From NCBI GenBank assembly GCA_964607485.1, contig CAZSKP010000031.1, positions 34,172 through 50,506 on the forward strand: DNA of 16,335 nucleotides, written 5' to 3'. The stretch's first letter is position 1. Every line of letters starts with the position of its first letter. Origin of the DNA: an uncultured bacterium (GTDB lineage: Bacteria; Abyssobacteria; SURF-5). The translations under genes were made by a program, and so were the position numbers. The notes below the pieces were generated by a model that was given only the letters and a program-made list of their open reading frames with translations, was not told where the DNA came from and did no database searches. Shown here piece after piece: positions 9,001 through 14,360 of this stretch.

Positions 9001-11126
9001 AGGCGTTCGCCGAGGCCGACACAACCGCCAAGGCCTTTGGCGGACAGGTGAGTGCGCAGAGCAGGGCCTCTTCAGAAGCGTGGGGCATCCGAACGGGCAG
9101 CGGAGAGGATGTGATCCGGAATACGGAGCTCATCGACGTTGAGTCCGAAACGATCACACAGACCTCGGGCTCGAGTGCAACGGAGACTTCCACGGCGACC
9201 GGGATAGAGGCCGGCGATGGAAACGACACTGTTGTGAATGAGGGGGACATCATCGTTACGGCCACGGCTTCATTAGAGGATAGCGCACATGCCGTGGGGA
9301 TCGAAACGGGCGAGGGCGATGATGTCGTCATCAATAGCGGCAGCATCCATACTACGGTGGTAGAGGATGGCGTATCGGGAACCGGAATCGGGATCAGTTC
9401 AGGCGGTGGCAACGATCAGCTTTTCCTCACCGGAGACTCGTTTGTGGACGGCGCCGTAGAAATGGGTGCCGGCGATGACGCGCTGACCTTTGCCGATAAT
9501 GCGGTTGTCACGGGTGACGTAATGGGCGGTCTCGGCGTCGACTCAGTGATACTTGCCAATGAGAACACGTTCACGGTATCCCACCTCTCGGATGTCGAGC
9601 GGTTCTGCTTAAATCATGGGACGCTTGAAGTCAATGAGAGCTACAGTCTTTTCTCCAATGCGAACAGTGGCCTCCTGCAGTCGGAGATCAACTATCTGGG
9701 AATGTATTCGGGTCTGTTGCGCGTCAACGGAGACGCAGGGTTGGACGGAACGGTTGAGGTTATAGCTTCACCATATGCCTACGTGGACGGCGACACGTTC
9801 GACATACTGGAAGCAAACGACATCCTCGGCACATTCGCCACTGAAGTTCTGCCCGGCCCGACTCCACTGCTGAGCTTCGACCTCGATTACCTGTCCGATC
9901 CCGACATAGTACAGGTGCAAGTCGCCGTCGAGAGCTTCACCACGGTGGCCACGAATCCGGTTGAAATGGCGATAGCACGATACCTTGACATGATTACCCC
10001 TTCGGCCACCGGCGACCTGTCGCACATGATCGGGACCATACAGCTCATGGAAGACCCAGACTTCGGTACTACTTTCTCGAGCCTGAGCCCGGACTCCTAC
10101 GACGGCTCAACGATAACCACATTTGAGGTTACTCGACAGTACACAGAGGCCGTGCAGCAGCGTTTGAGGAACCTGCGGTACGTTTCTCCGGCGAGTGGCG
10201 CAGCGATGCAGGCGAAACTGCCGACGCTGCTGCTGGCCTATAACGGCTCGAGCGCAAGCATCGGAGGCCTCATAAGAGCCAAAGAGCGGGCGCCAAACCG
10301 ATATAGCGCGTGGATTGAGGGATTCGGCCAGACGGGCGACCAGGACGAGGACGACAGCTTTACCGGTTTTGATTACGACACGGCGGGCATCGCGCTCGGC
10401 TTCGACTATGGCTTCAACGAGAATCTAATCGCCGGAGTCAGCCTGTATAACGCCTCCACGGATGTCGACCTCGACAACGGCGCCGGAAACGGCGATATCG
10501 AAAGCATCGGGGTATCGATTTACGGCACCTATTTCACCGAACACTGGTATGTTGACACCGTACTTTCCTACGCGGCTCAGGACTACGACAACAAGCGTCT
10601 CGTTCTGATCGACTCGGAGCGGCGCATCGCCACAAGCGACCACGATGGCGATGCGTATTCTGCGTTTATCGAAGGCGGATACAACTTCAACCTGAATCGG
10701 TGGGTTGTCGGACCGTTTGCGTCCTTGCAGTACATTTACCTGGACGAAGACAGCTTCCATGAAAGCGGCGCCGGCGGTGTGAACTTGCAAGTTGATGACC
10801 GCCAGACGCACGATCTCGTTTCGGAATTGGGAGTGCGCGCCGCACGTGTGTTCGAACTGAATGACGCCAGTCTCATATCTGAAGTAGGGGTGGCGTGGAG
10901 TCACAACTTTAACGTCGATGACCGCGACATAACAGCTTCATTCGTAGACGCTCCGGGAACGTCGTTCACGGTGGAAGGCCCGGATATCGATGACGGCGTC
11001 ATCGTGGACGCGGGTCTCACCTTTGTCCACAAGAGCGGATGGAGCACCGCGCTCAAATACATCGGTGAATTCCGGGATGATTTCGAGTCCCATGGCATAA
11101 TCGGCCAAATCCAGTACGTGTTTTAG
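3..11126 (+). CDS. Giant autotransporter (type Va) surface protein / putative adhesin, 5'-truncated (>=3,707 aa in window)
   Basis: The frame is open from position 3 (GAALSQAGATAEAAATGIDGNAGADAITN...), so the GTG at 141 is internal and the true start lies upstream of the window. The passenger has about 49 repeats with core GI(D/S)GGxGxDxIxNxGxI. It is followed by a linker (ATNPVEMAIARYLD...LSPDSY) and a barrel ending QIQYVF-stop. Confidence 0.95.
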   Translation, partial: GAALSQAGATAEAAATGIDGNAGADAITNDSSSISADVTAIATTVDVGAAITVTPDGNVSGASLSDTSAAATGTATGIDGSAGADVITNEGDVGLLAVSEATAVGVELTIAGSVEGAADGTALSDASGTANAGVIGIDGGDGDDTITNTANILGGANATATAVDVGAEITVAEGGATSGSSLNDTSVTANAAATGISGGVGRDDIENTGNINLLANSEATGVSVSLTIDGASDGGAEGTALSDSSATANAAATGINSRADEDTILSDGGLIELEAASHATGVAASLSIAGSVAFEDGAETTVSGAAVSDSSATANSTATGINGGDGADDITNGTSILANVNSTSSAVSVSGTAAFDVGNNVEAGGEVSGAALSDSSATANVKAMGIDGGAGDDAIRNEGAITLMLRESNENDEPDASATSVAVGLSIAGKVSYTSAEEGEVSEAEQDANGGSVKGKALSDSSATANARAIGIAGGSGSDDMSNAAAIAADVGSTATAVSVSGSAAFDVGINVETSGDVSGFALSDSSATANAGAMGIGGGAGDDSIGNDSTGTVTLSSEATATSVAVGLNVAGKVAYKSGEEEESSETEAEADGSSIKGAALSDSSATANARAIGINGGEGTDDIANKAAIAADVDSTSTAVSVSGSAAFDVGINVETSGDVTGAALSDASARANAGAMGIGGGGGDDSIENDSTGTITLSSEATATSVAVGLNVAGKVAYKSGEEEEDSETEAEADGSSIKGAALSDSSATANANAIGISGGDGADNITNRAAILTDVDSTSTAVSVSGSAAFDVGINVDATGDVAGMALSDASATATTATTGIDGRVGDDTIQNDATGTIVLTSDADATGVAVGLNVSGKVAYKGDATGSVSGAALSDTSVVADAAAAGIDGGEGSDDITNDATIAASAGADATGVSVSAEAAVGVAFKGDAELDVSGAAVSKASTTANTAAAGIDAGENDDAVNNTGYISVSSDSDATGVAAGLDFTAAVAIEGDVKANVEGAALNDASVTAAASATGIDGGEGDDAIVNEKVEGVDNTGKIKAVAESDAVAVAASLDIAGTLSFKGNTEAGVGGTAVSDSSVTASADAAGIRGDTGDDEIDNAGDIELLANSDATGVAAGLNVAAALTFKGAADADVTGEAVSKADVAANAEGIGIDGGEGNDIIRNDGDITVMKGPEAIDASATGVAASLNITGNVAIKGVSMGSVSGSAMSEAVVDANAAATGISGGTGDDTIENTGDIELLPESDGLGVAASLNVTGNMIGEASGYSGTDSSVTASAIAIGIDGGEDNDTITNDGAITLMKQEEWQDEIDANSESYAASLDITGTMNGSTEGKALSKATSEAIATAIGIDGGSGIDDITNRATISGDVDSSATALSISANISVTGNGVAEGAALSDASAMASATAKGIDSGDDSDEIDNAGEIDMSASSEADSTAVSVSLTASMRGVAEGNAMADGSAEATSYSAGIDGGAGNDTITASAHNITTNAESSADATSVTVSGGGTVGLTTGASVSDSGATGEAYAIGIDGGLGNDTITTASEIQATSKANADSDATTVDVKIGAGVVGGYGLADSSATATANSTGIDGGDGADIITNTGDITAGADPLDLDPMALATAGSTNVTVGVAAGLNGGDAASKSTAIAEANALGIGSGSGADTIINDGALTIAANPLDAQPLAHAEADSTTVSIGITIGANNGTAASDSSTIARMTATGIDSGSEGDTIINKGAIAVGTDPEVASAKMAYASASSTTVDVGITLGADLGATSAEASAVAEATSTGISSGGGDDSIVNEEVEGVENSGVINVGSSSLATSSATAHEVKCSFGVSDGNAQSGAATLSSASAVGIDSGAGVDEISTEGAMTVKAFSEGIAAAKTNTLNFLSVGANLQSAEANSSATAEALALGIDGGADNDTIAAEGTLSVTADADVRGSARSSVIQGLGLGVNVLESQSTAATEATSMAVGIDGGAGNDLIINDAAMSLTSSSNAVTSAISSSNSGFNLVGASFAEAAANASTSVTADGTGIAGGEGIDEITSNEAISVGAFSTGIVSATSSVGAVTFAGSAGGKALSDASARLKASATGIDGGGADDTITSNDSVAATAVSSGTVSSSSKADADVVFGSASTKTVSDSAAVGAAEAAGISGGEGSDTITSFDSVDASAEANLLVTASSVSVSNATFGSAYASAASRASSEANTEATGISGGAGNDLILSEGAINSRATSTTTVLQTTVAKANATFGSAHTLATSSTTVTGRSAAAGISGGEGADIITSDGPITVESGNTVNTGIFVKSSSGPAKLDARTLAVLHAAGIDAGADNDTIESTDTILVKGVPRINSFTRNFGSNVQGRVGVNLTSDVKGIIGGGGDDTIVSEGDILVLAGSPETESTVTGDSAGGSNTFTDAALIGEDADELVGKWIRVPGDGTPDFITRVEAFDSATGEMTLRDAIEYDLAAGAAYTLLDFGSKTPDVATLSITVGGYVAVDASTTASVNATGIDGGDGYNDITNVAPVLVRARNAIQAGSVTVAGNINADMNTEAAANAVGIAGADRAVQSNVFDDSEAGTTSFIDKGLIGEDPNSIVGKQIRVDTGASAGFVTVVEAYDDLTGALTLRDPIPAGGIAGGDAYTLLSEGTAAVTNLGEIDTEAGATIDASNWYISYWGDANVETMGRAQASSDGMLGGDLNDSFVNFAPIIARSTASVSSTERVTADFGSEIQQEISFEAVSDSRGISSGAGDDTVINTEGTLVDVEAASVADVSGVTTTWTDPFLPEQATTVNLSDALADSTAVGLDLGTGNNTAYNYGDLRIVADAAAGATAISDFGLFNETNADADATAIATASGISAGDDDEVSNSGLIDVDASAAATSFAQGSKVGGDGQSAATEDSSSGSHTFIDESLIPEQGELPIPIVGRWVRFLSGNNLDFYTLVVAFNPDTGELTLLNPLPANLSEGDLYTFSLARDGSSTSVATATATGIDLHDAGNDAVVENDAEIRVKAFAEADTTAKAFGGQVSAQSRASSEAWGIRTGSGEDVIRNTELIDVESETITQTSGSSATETSTATGIEAGDGNDTVVNEGDIIVTATASLEDSAHAVGIETGEGDDVVINSGSIHTTVVEDGVSGTGIGISSGGGNDQLFLTGDSFVDGAVEMGAGDDALTFADNAVVTGDVMGGLGVDSVILANENTFTVSHLSDVERFCLNHGTLEVNESYSLFSNANSGLLQSEINYLGMYSGLLRVNGDAGLDGTVEVIASPYAYVDGDTFDILEANDILGTFATEVLPGPTPLLSFDLDYLSDPDIVQVQVAVESFTTVATNPVEMAIARYLDMITPSATGDLSHMIGTIQLMEDPDFGTTFSSLSPDSYDGSTITTFEVTRQYTEAVQQRLRNLRYVSPASGAAMQAKLPTLLLAYNGSSASIGGLIRAKERAPNRYSAWIEGFGQTGDQDEDDSFTGFDYDTAGIALGFDYGFNENLIAGVSLYNASTDVDLDNGAGNGDIESIGVSIYGTYFTEHWYVDTVLSYAAQDYDNKRLVLIDSERRIATSDHDGDAYSAFIEGGYNFNLNRWVVGPFASLQYIYLDEDSFHESGAGGVNLQVDDRQTHDLVSELGVRAARVFELNDASLISEVGVAWSHNFNVDDRDITASFVDAPGTSFTVEGPDIDDGVIVDAGLTFVHKSGWSTALKYIGEFRDDFESHGIIGQIQYVF
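920..2600 (+). repeat. Intragenic DNA tandem repeat, about 3.5-4 copies of a 432-bp (144-aa, two-unit) block
   Basis: The AFDVG anchor occurs at 1062, 1515, 1947 and 2379 (spacings 453, 432, 432). The Y(K/T)S(G/A)EE acidic loop occurs at 1299, 1731 and 2163. The central copies are near-identical at DNA level. Confidence 0.92.
7173..7403 (+). repeat. Inserted ~77-aa domain, copy 1
   Basis: TESTVTGDSAGGSNTFTDAALIG...LVGKWIRV...FITRVEAFDSATGEMTLRDAI...AGAAYTL; aligns by eye with copies 2 and 3. Confidence 0.85.
7674..7907 (+). repeat. Inserted ~77-aa domain, copy 2
   Basis: VQSNVFDDSEAGTTSFIDKGLIG...IVGKQIRV...FVTVVEAYDDLTGALTLRDPIP...GGDAYTL. Confidence 0.85.
8649..8885 (+). repeat. Inserted ~77-aa domain, copy 3
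   Basis: GQSAATEDSSSGSHTFIDESLIP...IVGRWVRF...FYTLVVAFNPDTGELTLLNPLP...EGDLYTF. Confidence 0.85.
10299..11126 (+). other. Autotransporter beta-barrel translocator domain
   Basis: About 275 aa with typical motifs: AWIEGFGQTGDQ, GFDYDTAGIALGFDY, SIYGTY, EGGYNF, PFASLQYIYLDEDSFHESGA, SELGVR, and a terminal YxF Bam-type signal. Confidence 0.93.
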
Positions 11127-11165
11127 CGAGAATTCATCATAGGTACCAGGCGCCCCAAATTCTCG
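11127..11165. terminator. Weak inverted repeat between convergent stop codons, possible terminator
   Basis: CGAGAATT (11127-11134) and AATTCTCG (11158-11165) with a 23-nt loop. There is no clear U-tract. Confidence 0.25.
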
Positions 11166-11179
11166 ATTCTTGGACGCGG

Positions 11180-11965
11180 CTATGGCATCGCAATTTCGGG
11201 CAAGGAATTGCCGCCGTCAATGACAACGTGCGTGCCTGTGATATAGCTCGACTCGTCGGAAGCGAGGAACGCGGCTAACTCTCCAATCTCCAGAATATTC
11301 CCGAGCCTGCCCATCGGGATTGTGCCTGCTATCATATCCAAGACCGCGTCTGGATCGTCCGGACTGAACTTTCTTGCCTCATTCTCCACCATTGGCGTTC
11401 GTATCATGCCCGGACAAATTGCGTTCACCGTGATGTTGTCCTTGACGACTTCGAGAGCGAGCGCTTTGGTGAATCCCCACAAGGCGGCCTTGGTCGTTGC
11501 ATATGCCGTCTCCCCCAAGTTTGCGACCATCGCGCCTGTCACCGACGACATGATGACGATCCGACCATACTGGTTCTGTTTCATGTTGGGAAGGACAGCC
11601 TTCGTGCAGTTCCACACGCCCTTGACGTTGACATCCCACTGAAAATCCCTCACCTCATCAGTCATTTCGAGAAAGGGAACCATCCGAGTCACCCCGGCAT
11701 TGTTGCAGAGGACGTCTATCCTGCCGAATTTCGCGATGACATCATCGGCTGCCTCTTTGCATTGTTCGAAGTTTCTCACATCCACTTTATAAGAGGTTGC
11801 TTCGTGCCCACCCGATTGTATCGACTTGGCCGTCTCGTGGACTTGTTCCGAAATATCCCACAGCACGACGCGCGCGCCGTGCTTAGCCATTACTCTCGCG
11901 ATGCCTTCGCCGTTTCCCATTGCGGCGCCGGTGATTATTGAGATTCTTCCGTCCAGCTTCCCCAT
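11180..11965 (-). CDS. ucpA: Short-chain dehydrogenase/reductase, UcpA-like oxidoreductase (261 aa)
   Basis: TGAAMGNGEG Rossmann motif, NNAG, catalytic YATTK, NAICPG and VIDGG. UcpA-like segments include KGVWNCTKAVLP, MSSVTGAMVA..GETAYA and GELAAFLASDESSYITG. The RBS AAGGAGG lies upstream of the ATG. Confidence 0.88.
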   Translation of the reverse strand: MGKLDGRISIITGAAMGNGEGIARVMAKHGARVVLWDISEQVHETAKSIQSGGHEATSYKVDVRNFEQCKEAADDVIAKFGRIDVLCNNAGVTRMVPFLEMTDEVRDFQWDVNVKGVWNCTKAVLPNMKQNQYGRIVIMSSVTGAMVANLGETAYATTKAALWGFTKALALEVVKDNITVNAICPGMIRTPMVENEARKFSPDDPDAVLDMIAGTIPMGRLGNILEIGELAAFLASDESSYITGTHVVIDGGNSLPEIAMP

Positions 11966-12008
11966 TGACCTTTATCCTCCTTTTCGCATGGCAAGACTTT
12001 GCGGCTCG

Positions 12009-12024
12009 AGCAGTTTGTGTGCCC
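12009..12024 (-). promoter_or_regulatory. Candidate sigma-54 (-24/-12) promoter for the SDR gene
   Basis: Minus strand reads GGGCACACAAACTGCT, i.e. GG-N10-GC with GGCAC and TGCT, about 45 nt upstream of the ATG. Confidence 0.45.
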
Positions 12025-12026
12025 AG

Positions 12027-12035
12027 ATGATATCA
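12027..12035 (-). promoter_or_regulatory. Candidate extended -10 sigma-70 element for the SDR gene
   Basis: Minus strand reads TGaTATCAT (TGn + TATCAT), preceded by a T-rich tract. Confidence 0.35.
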
Positions 12036-12135
12036 AAAGGACTCAAAGAAAAACAAGAGACACTGACTGAGACGAGCAGGGGCAAGAAGTCGGATGCGAC
12101 CCCGAGTCGAGGTGTGGTTTCACGATAGAGGACAG

Positions 12136-13269
12136 CTATGAATCATCGTCCGGTCCACATGCTCGCAACCGGATAACAACCGGCAAATGGTCACTGCATA
12201 GACGATAGAAATCCAGGTTGCTCGGAGCAATACCGCGCACATCAATGACCTGCGGAGTATCGATCATCTCGGATGTCGCTTGTTCATCGAGAATGAGTAT
12301 ATGATCGTACAGGTTAGTGGTCAGTTCGCCCTCGCTATTCAAAGTCGATCCTGCCCCTCGGGTCTTCACCAGCACGTCCACGACTTGCTGGAGATTTGCC
12401 GGCACCAGGTTGAAGTCTCCGGCAATAATGATATCGCGCTCGCTGGGACGGGCAGCCTCCATTGCCGCGAACACATCGTCAATGTGGTCCACCTCGGCCT
12501 TTGTCTCGCTGACATCTCCGCCTTCGCCGCGAGCCTCATAGGCGGCGAGCAGGAAGTCAATGCCGGCAGATGCCTTATTCATCGGGGCCTTGAAGCATCC
12601 AAACGCAGGTTCGCGGGAAAAGTAGTCAGGACCCGAATCCATTCCGCTTCCATCATTATCTTTATAGTAGACGAGACGGTCCCCCTTAGCGCACGGACAC
12701 ACGACGGCAGAGCGGTACAATATGGCATAGTACTTGGAATTCCCAGAGGTGGTATTGGGGCGGGGCGAGTTGGTAATCATACCGGCCCAGCCTGAGCCCA
12801 ATGCGCCAAGCAAAGCGTTGTAGCCCGGATGTTCTCCCTGCACTTGCATCACGCCAGTGACCGCCAGCACATCAAAGTTAGCTTCTATGACTTGAGCGAT
12901 GAGCTGAAAATCAGCCGAAGTTCCATCAGCCAGTCTCGTGATATTCCAGGAACCTACCCGAATCACCTCACCACTTGCTTCGGCATCGGAGAGGGGTTGG
13001 GCCCATGCTTTGCTTACATATCCGGGCACTCCATTGTCGAGCCTTATGTAATACCAATAGGGAACGCTCTCAATGAGCTCTGCCGATTCGTTCCGCCGCA
13101 GTCGTCCGACAGCAGGGCTGTCGATACTTGGCCGGTGCCGGACCTTGACATGAGTCATCACTTGATTGTTTGGGATAATCCTTTCGGCGCTGGCCGGGAT
13201 TACTCCCAAGAGGAGTACGAGCAATATGACGGGAAAGAGACAAAACAGAGACTTCGATTTGGCGCTCAT
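12136..13269 (-). CDS. Secreted SH3b-domain + endonuclease/exonuclease/phosphatase (DNase I-like) protein with an altered active site (377 aa)
   Basis: Start reassigned to ATG 13269: RBS GGAGGGG precedes it, and the track's TTG start at 13338 falls inside a -35 box. Signal peptide ends ...LLLGVIPASA/ER. SH3b-like segment: VKVRHRPSIDSPAVGRL...WYYIRLDNGVPGYVSKAW. EEP motifs: SWNI, FSREP, GDFN, YDHI, SDHLPV. Confidence 0.88.
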   Translation of the reverse strand: MSAKSKSLFCLFPVILLVLLLGVIPASAERIIPNNQVMTHVKVRHRPSIDSPAVGRLRRNESAELIESVPYWYYIRLDNGVPGYVSKAWAQPLSDAEASGEVIRVGSWNITRLADGTSADFQLIAQVIEANFDVLAVTGVMQVQGEHPGYNALLGALGSGWAGMITNSPRPNTTSGNSKYYAILYRSAVVCPCAKGDRLVYYKDNDGSGMDSGPDYFSREPAFGCFKAPMNKASAGIDFLLAAYEARGEGGDVSETKAEVDHIDDVFAAMEAARPSERDIIIAGDFNLVPANLQQVVDVLVKTRGAGSTLNSEGELTTNLYDHILILDEQATSEMIDTPQVIDVRGIAPSNLDFYRLCSDHLPVVIRLRACGPDDDS

Positions 13270-13309
13270 CGGTGATCCCCTCCATACCGGACCATTCGGT
13301 TTTGATCCA

Positions 13310-13338
13310 AGTATAGAACATCGCGGTTCGCGGTTCAA
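13310..13338 (-). promoter_or_regulatory. Sigma-70 promoter of the SH3-EEP gene
   Basis: Minus strand TTGAAC (13338-13333), 17-nt spacer, TATACT (13315-13310). Confidence 0.65.
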
Positions 13339-13428
13339 GAAAAAAGGCAGGGCAAGAACGAAACTCTTACTCTCTGAGAACGATATTTCAGCGACCTTCT
13401 GGATAATGTCTTGGGTTCGAGGTACCCG

Positions 13429-13458
13429 AAAAAGTCGAGCTTGCGTCCGGCTCTCGAC
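13429..13458 (-). terminator. Probable intrinsic terminator downstream of the VOC gene
   Basis: Minus strand GUCGAG-(13 nt)-CUCGAC followed by UUUUU, about 50 nt after the stop codon. Confidence 0.5.
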
Positions 13459-13506
13459 CCACCATGCAAGAACTCCATCGCTTCGAAATCTCGCGATGAA
13501 TCCGGC

Positions 13507-13941
13507 TCAGGGTTCCACATCTTTTTCCATCAGCTCGATGGTTATCCCATCCGGATCGCGCATGTACACGCAGAGGCCGCCGCCAAGATTATAGGGCTTA
13601 CTGTTCGACGCAACGCCGTGTTCCTTCAGCTTTTCGTATAGCTCCATCAGATTGTCAACCAAAAGAGCAACATGAATTATCCCACCATCGCATTGGCGAT
13701 AATCCTTCGAAAATGAGCTTGACGCCGGTTTGTAGTACTGGAAGAGTTCCACTTCGTCCTCGCCACACTTGAGCGCGACGATTCTCACCTTCGCATTTTC
13801 GAGGCCCGTAATATCGTCGAGGACCGCCCCCTCGAATTCAACGTCGCTCATGACCTCAAGCCCGAGAAGGTCGCGGTAGAAACGAAGCGAGACCTCCATG
13901 TCATGCACCCCGATGCCCGGGTGATGAAATCCCTTGATCAT
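13507..13941 (-). CDS. VOC (glyoxalase / methylmalonyl-CoA epimerase-like) family metalloprotein (144 aa)
   Basis: Start reassigned to ATG 13941, which follows a strong RBS (TAAGGAGG). Motifs FHHPGIGVHDMEVSLRFYRDLLG, VELFQY, HVALLVD and MRDPDGITIELME supply the H/E/H/E metal ligands. Confidence 0.9.
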   Translation of the reverse strand: MIKGFHHPGIGVHDMEVSLRFYRDLLGLEVMSDVEFEGAVLDDITGLENAKVRIVALKCGEDEVELFQYYKPASSSFSKDYRQCDGGIIHVALLVDNLMELYEKLKEHGVASNSKPYNLGGGLCVYMRDPDGITIELMEKDVEP

Positions 13942-13987
13942 GATATCCTCCTTATTGTATATCCGTTCCTGAAAAGGGGCACATTGG

Positions 13988-14016
13988 ATTATAACCTCTC
14001 GGCCGGATGGTTTCAA
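13988..14016 (-). promoter_or_regulatory. Near-consensus sigma-70 promoter of the VOC gene
   Basis: Minus strand TTGAAA (14016-14011), 17-nt spacer, TATAAT (13993-13988). Confidence 0.75.
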
Positions 14017-14267
14017 TTGACACGATGACGCCCCGCCGGGAACGCCCAATGCTTTTGGCCAATCCGGCCGAGTGCCTTAGCTTTTCGGCGTGCTGATTCC
14101 AGCGAAAGTGTCGACCGATCAACGGCGAAAGCCTCATAATCATATCAGATCGCATATCGCTTTTTGATTACGTTCCCCGCGCATCCGAGGTTAGGGTCGC
14201 CGCGACATGAGGCAGCGCTATGCTTTAAGATTAACTTGGTAACCGGTAGTGTCGGTGGGGGCGGGCC

Positions 14268-14324
14268 AACGAACCGCCGATGGAAGCAAACGAACCGCCA
14301 ATTGTCTGCCTCCATCGGCAGTTC
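14268..14324 (-). repeat. 21-bp inverted repeat with internal direct repeat (structured 3' element of the peroxidase transcript)
   Basis: Arms at 14271-14291 and 14304-14324 match 18/21, and all three mismatches are G-U pairs on the minus strand. The direct repeat AACGAACCGCC(G/A)AT occurs at 14268 and 14289. Confidence 0.75.
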
Positions 14325-14360
14325 AACATGAATTCTTATGTCAGCATTTCACCCGCCATT

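Larger units (their letters stand above)
51..9545 (+). repeat. Protein-level repeat array: about 49 beta-solenoid-like units, most with one RTX-like GGxGxD turn
   Basis: Manual count of GIxGGxGxDxIxN motifs, from GIDGNAGADAITN to GISSGGGNDQLFL. The motifs are separated by long Ala/Ser/Thr/Val alternating segments. Confidence 0.9.

Noticed and set aside
3-9545. RTX toxin / type I secretion substrate interpretation
   Set aside because: The GGxGxD motifs are mostly single per long repeat, and the protein ends in an autotransporter barrel. No T1SS genes are in the window.
1298-11098. Many long antisense and alternate-frame ORFs over the autotransporter (e.g. 4724-6556, 610 aa; 2912-3799)
   Set aside because: Shadow ORFs. 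GC-rich Ala/Gly/Ser/Asp codons rarely give antisense stops, and the translations simply mirror the sense repeats with no independent motifs.
13270-13338. N-terminal extensions in the track for the EEP (13338), VOC (14049) and peroxidase (15524) genes
   Set aside because: Downstream ATGs have strong Shine-Dalgarno sites. For EEP and VOC the extensions overlap their promoter boxes.
14040-14250. Possible riboswitch or ncRNA upstream of the VOC gene
   Set aside because: Only short GC-rich pairings are visible and no known aptamer consensus was recognised. The region lies upstream of the VOC promoter.
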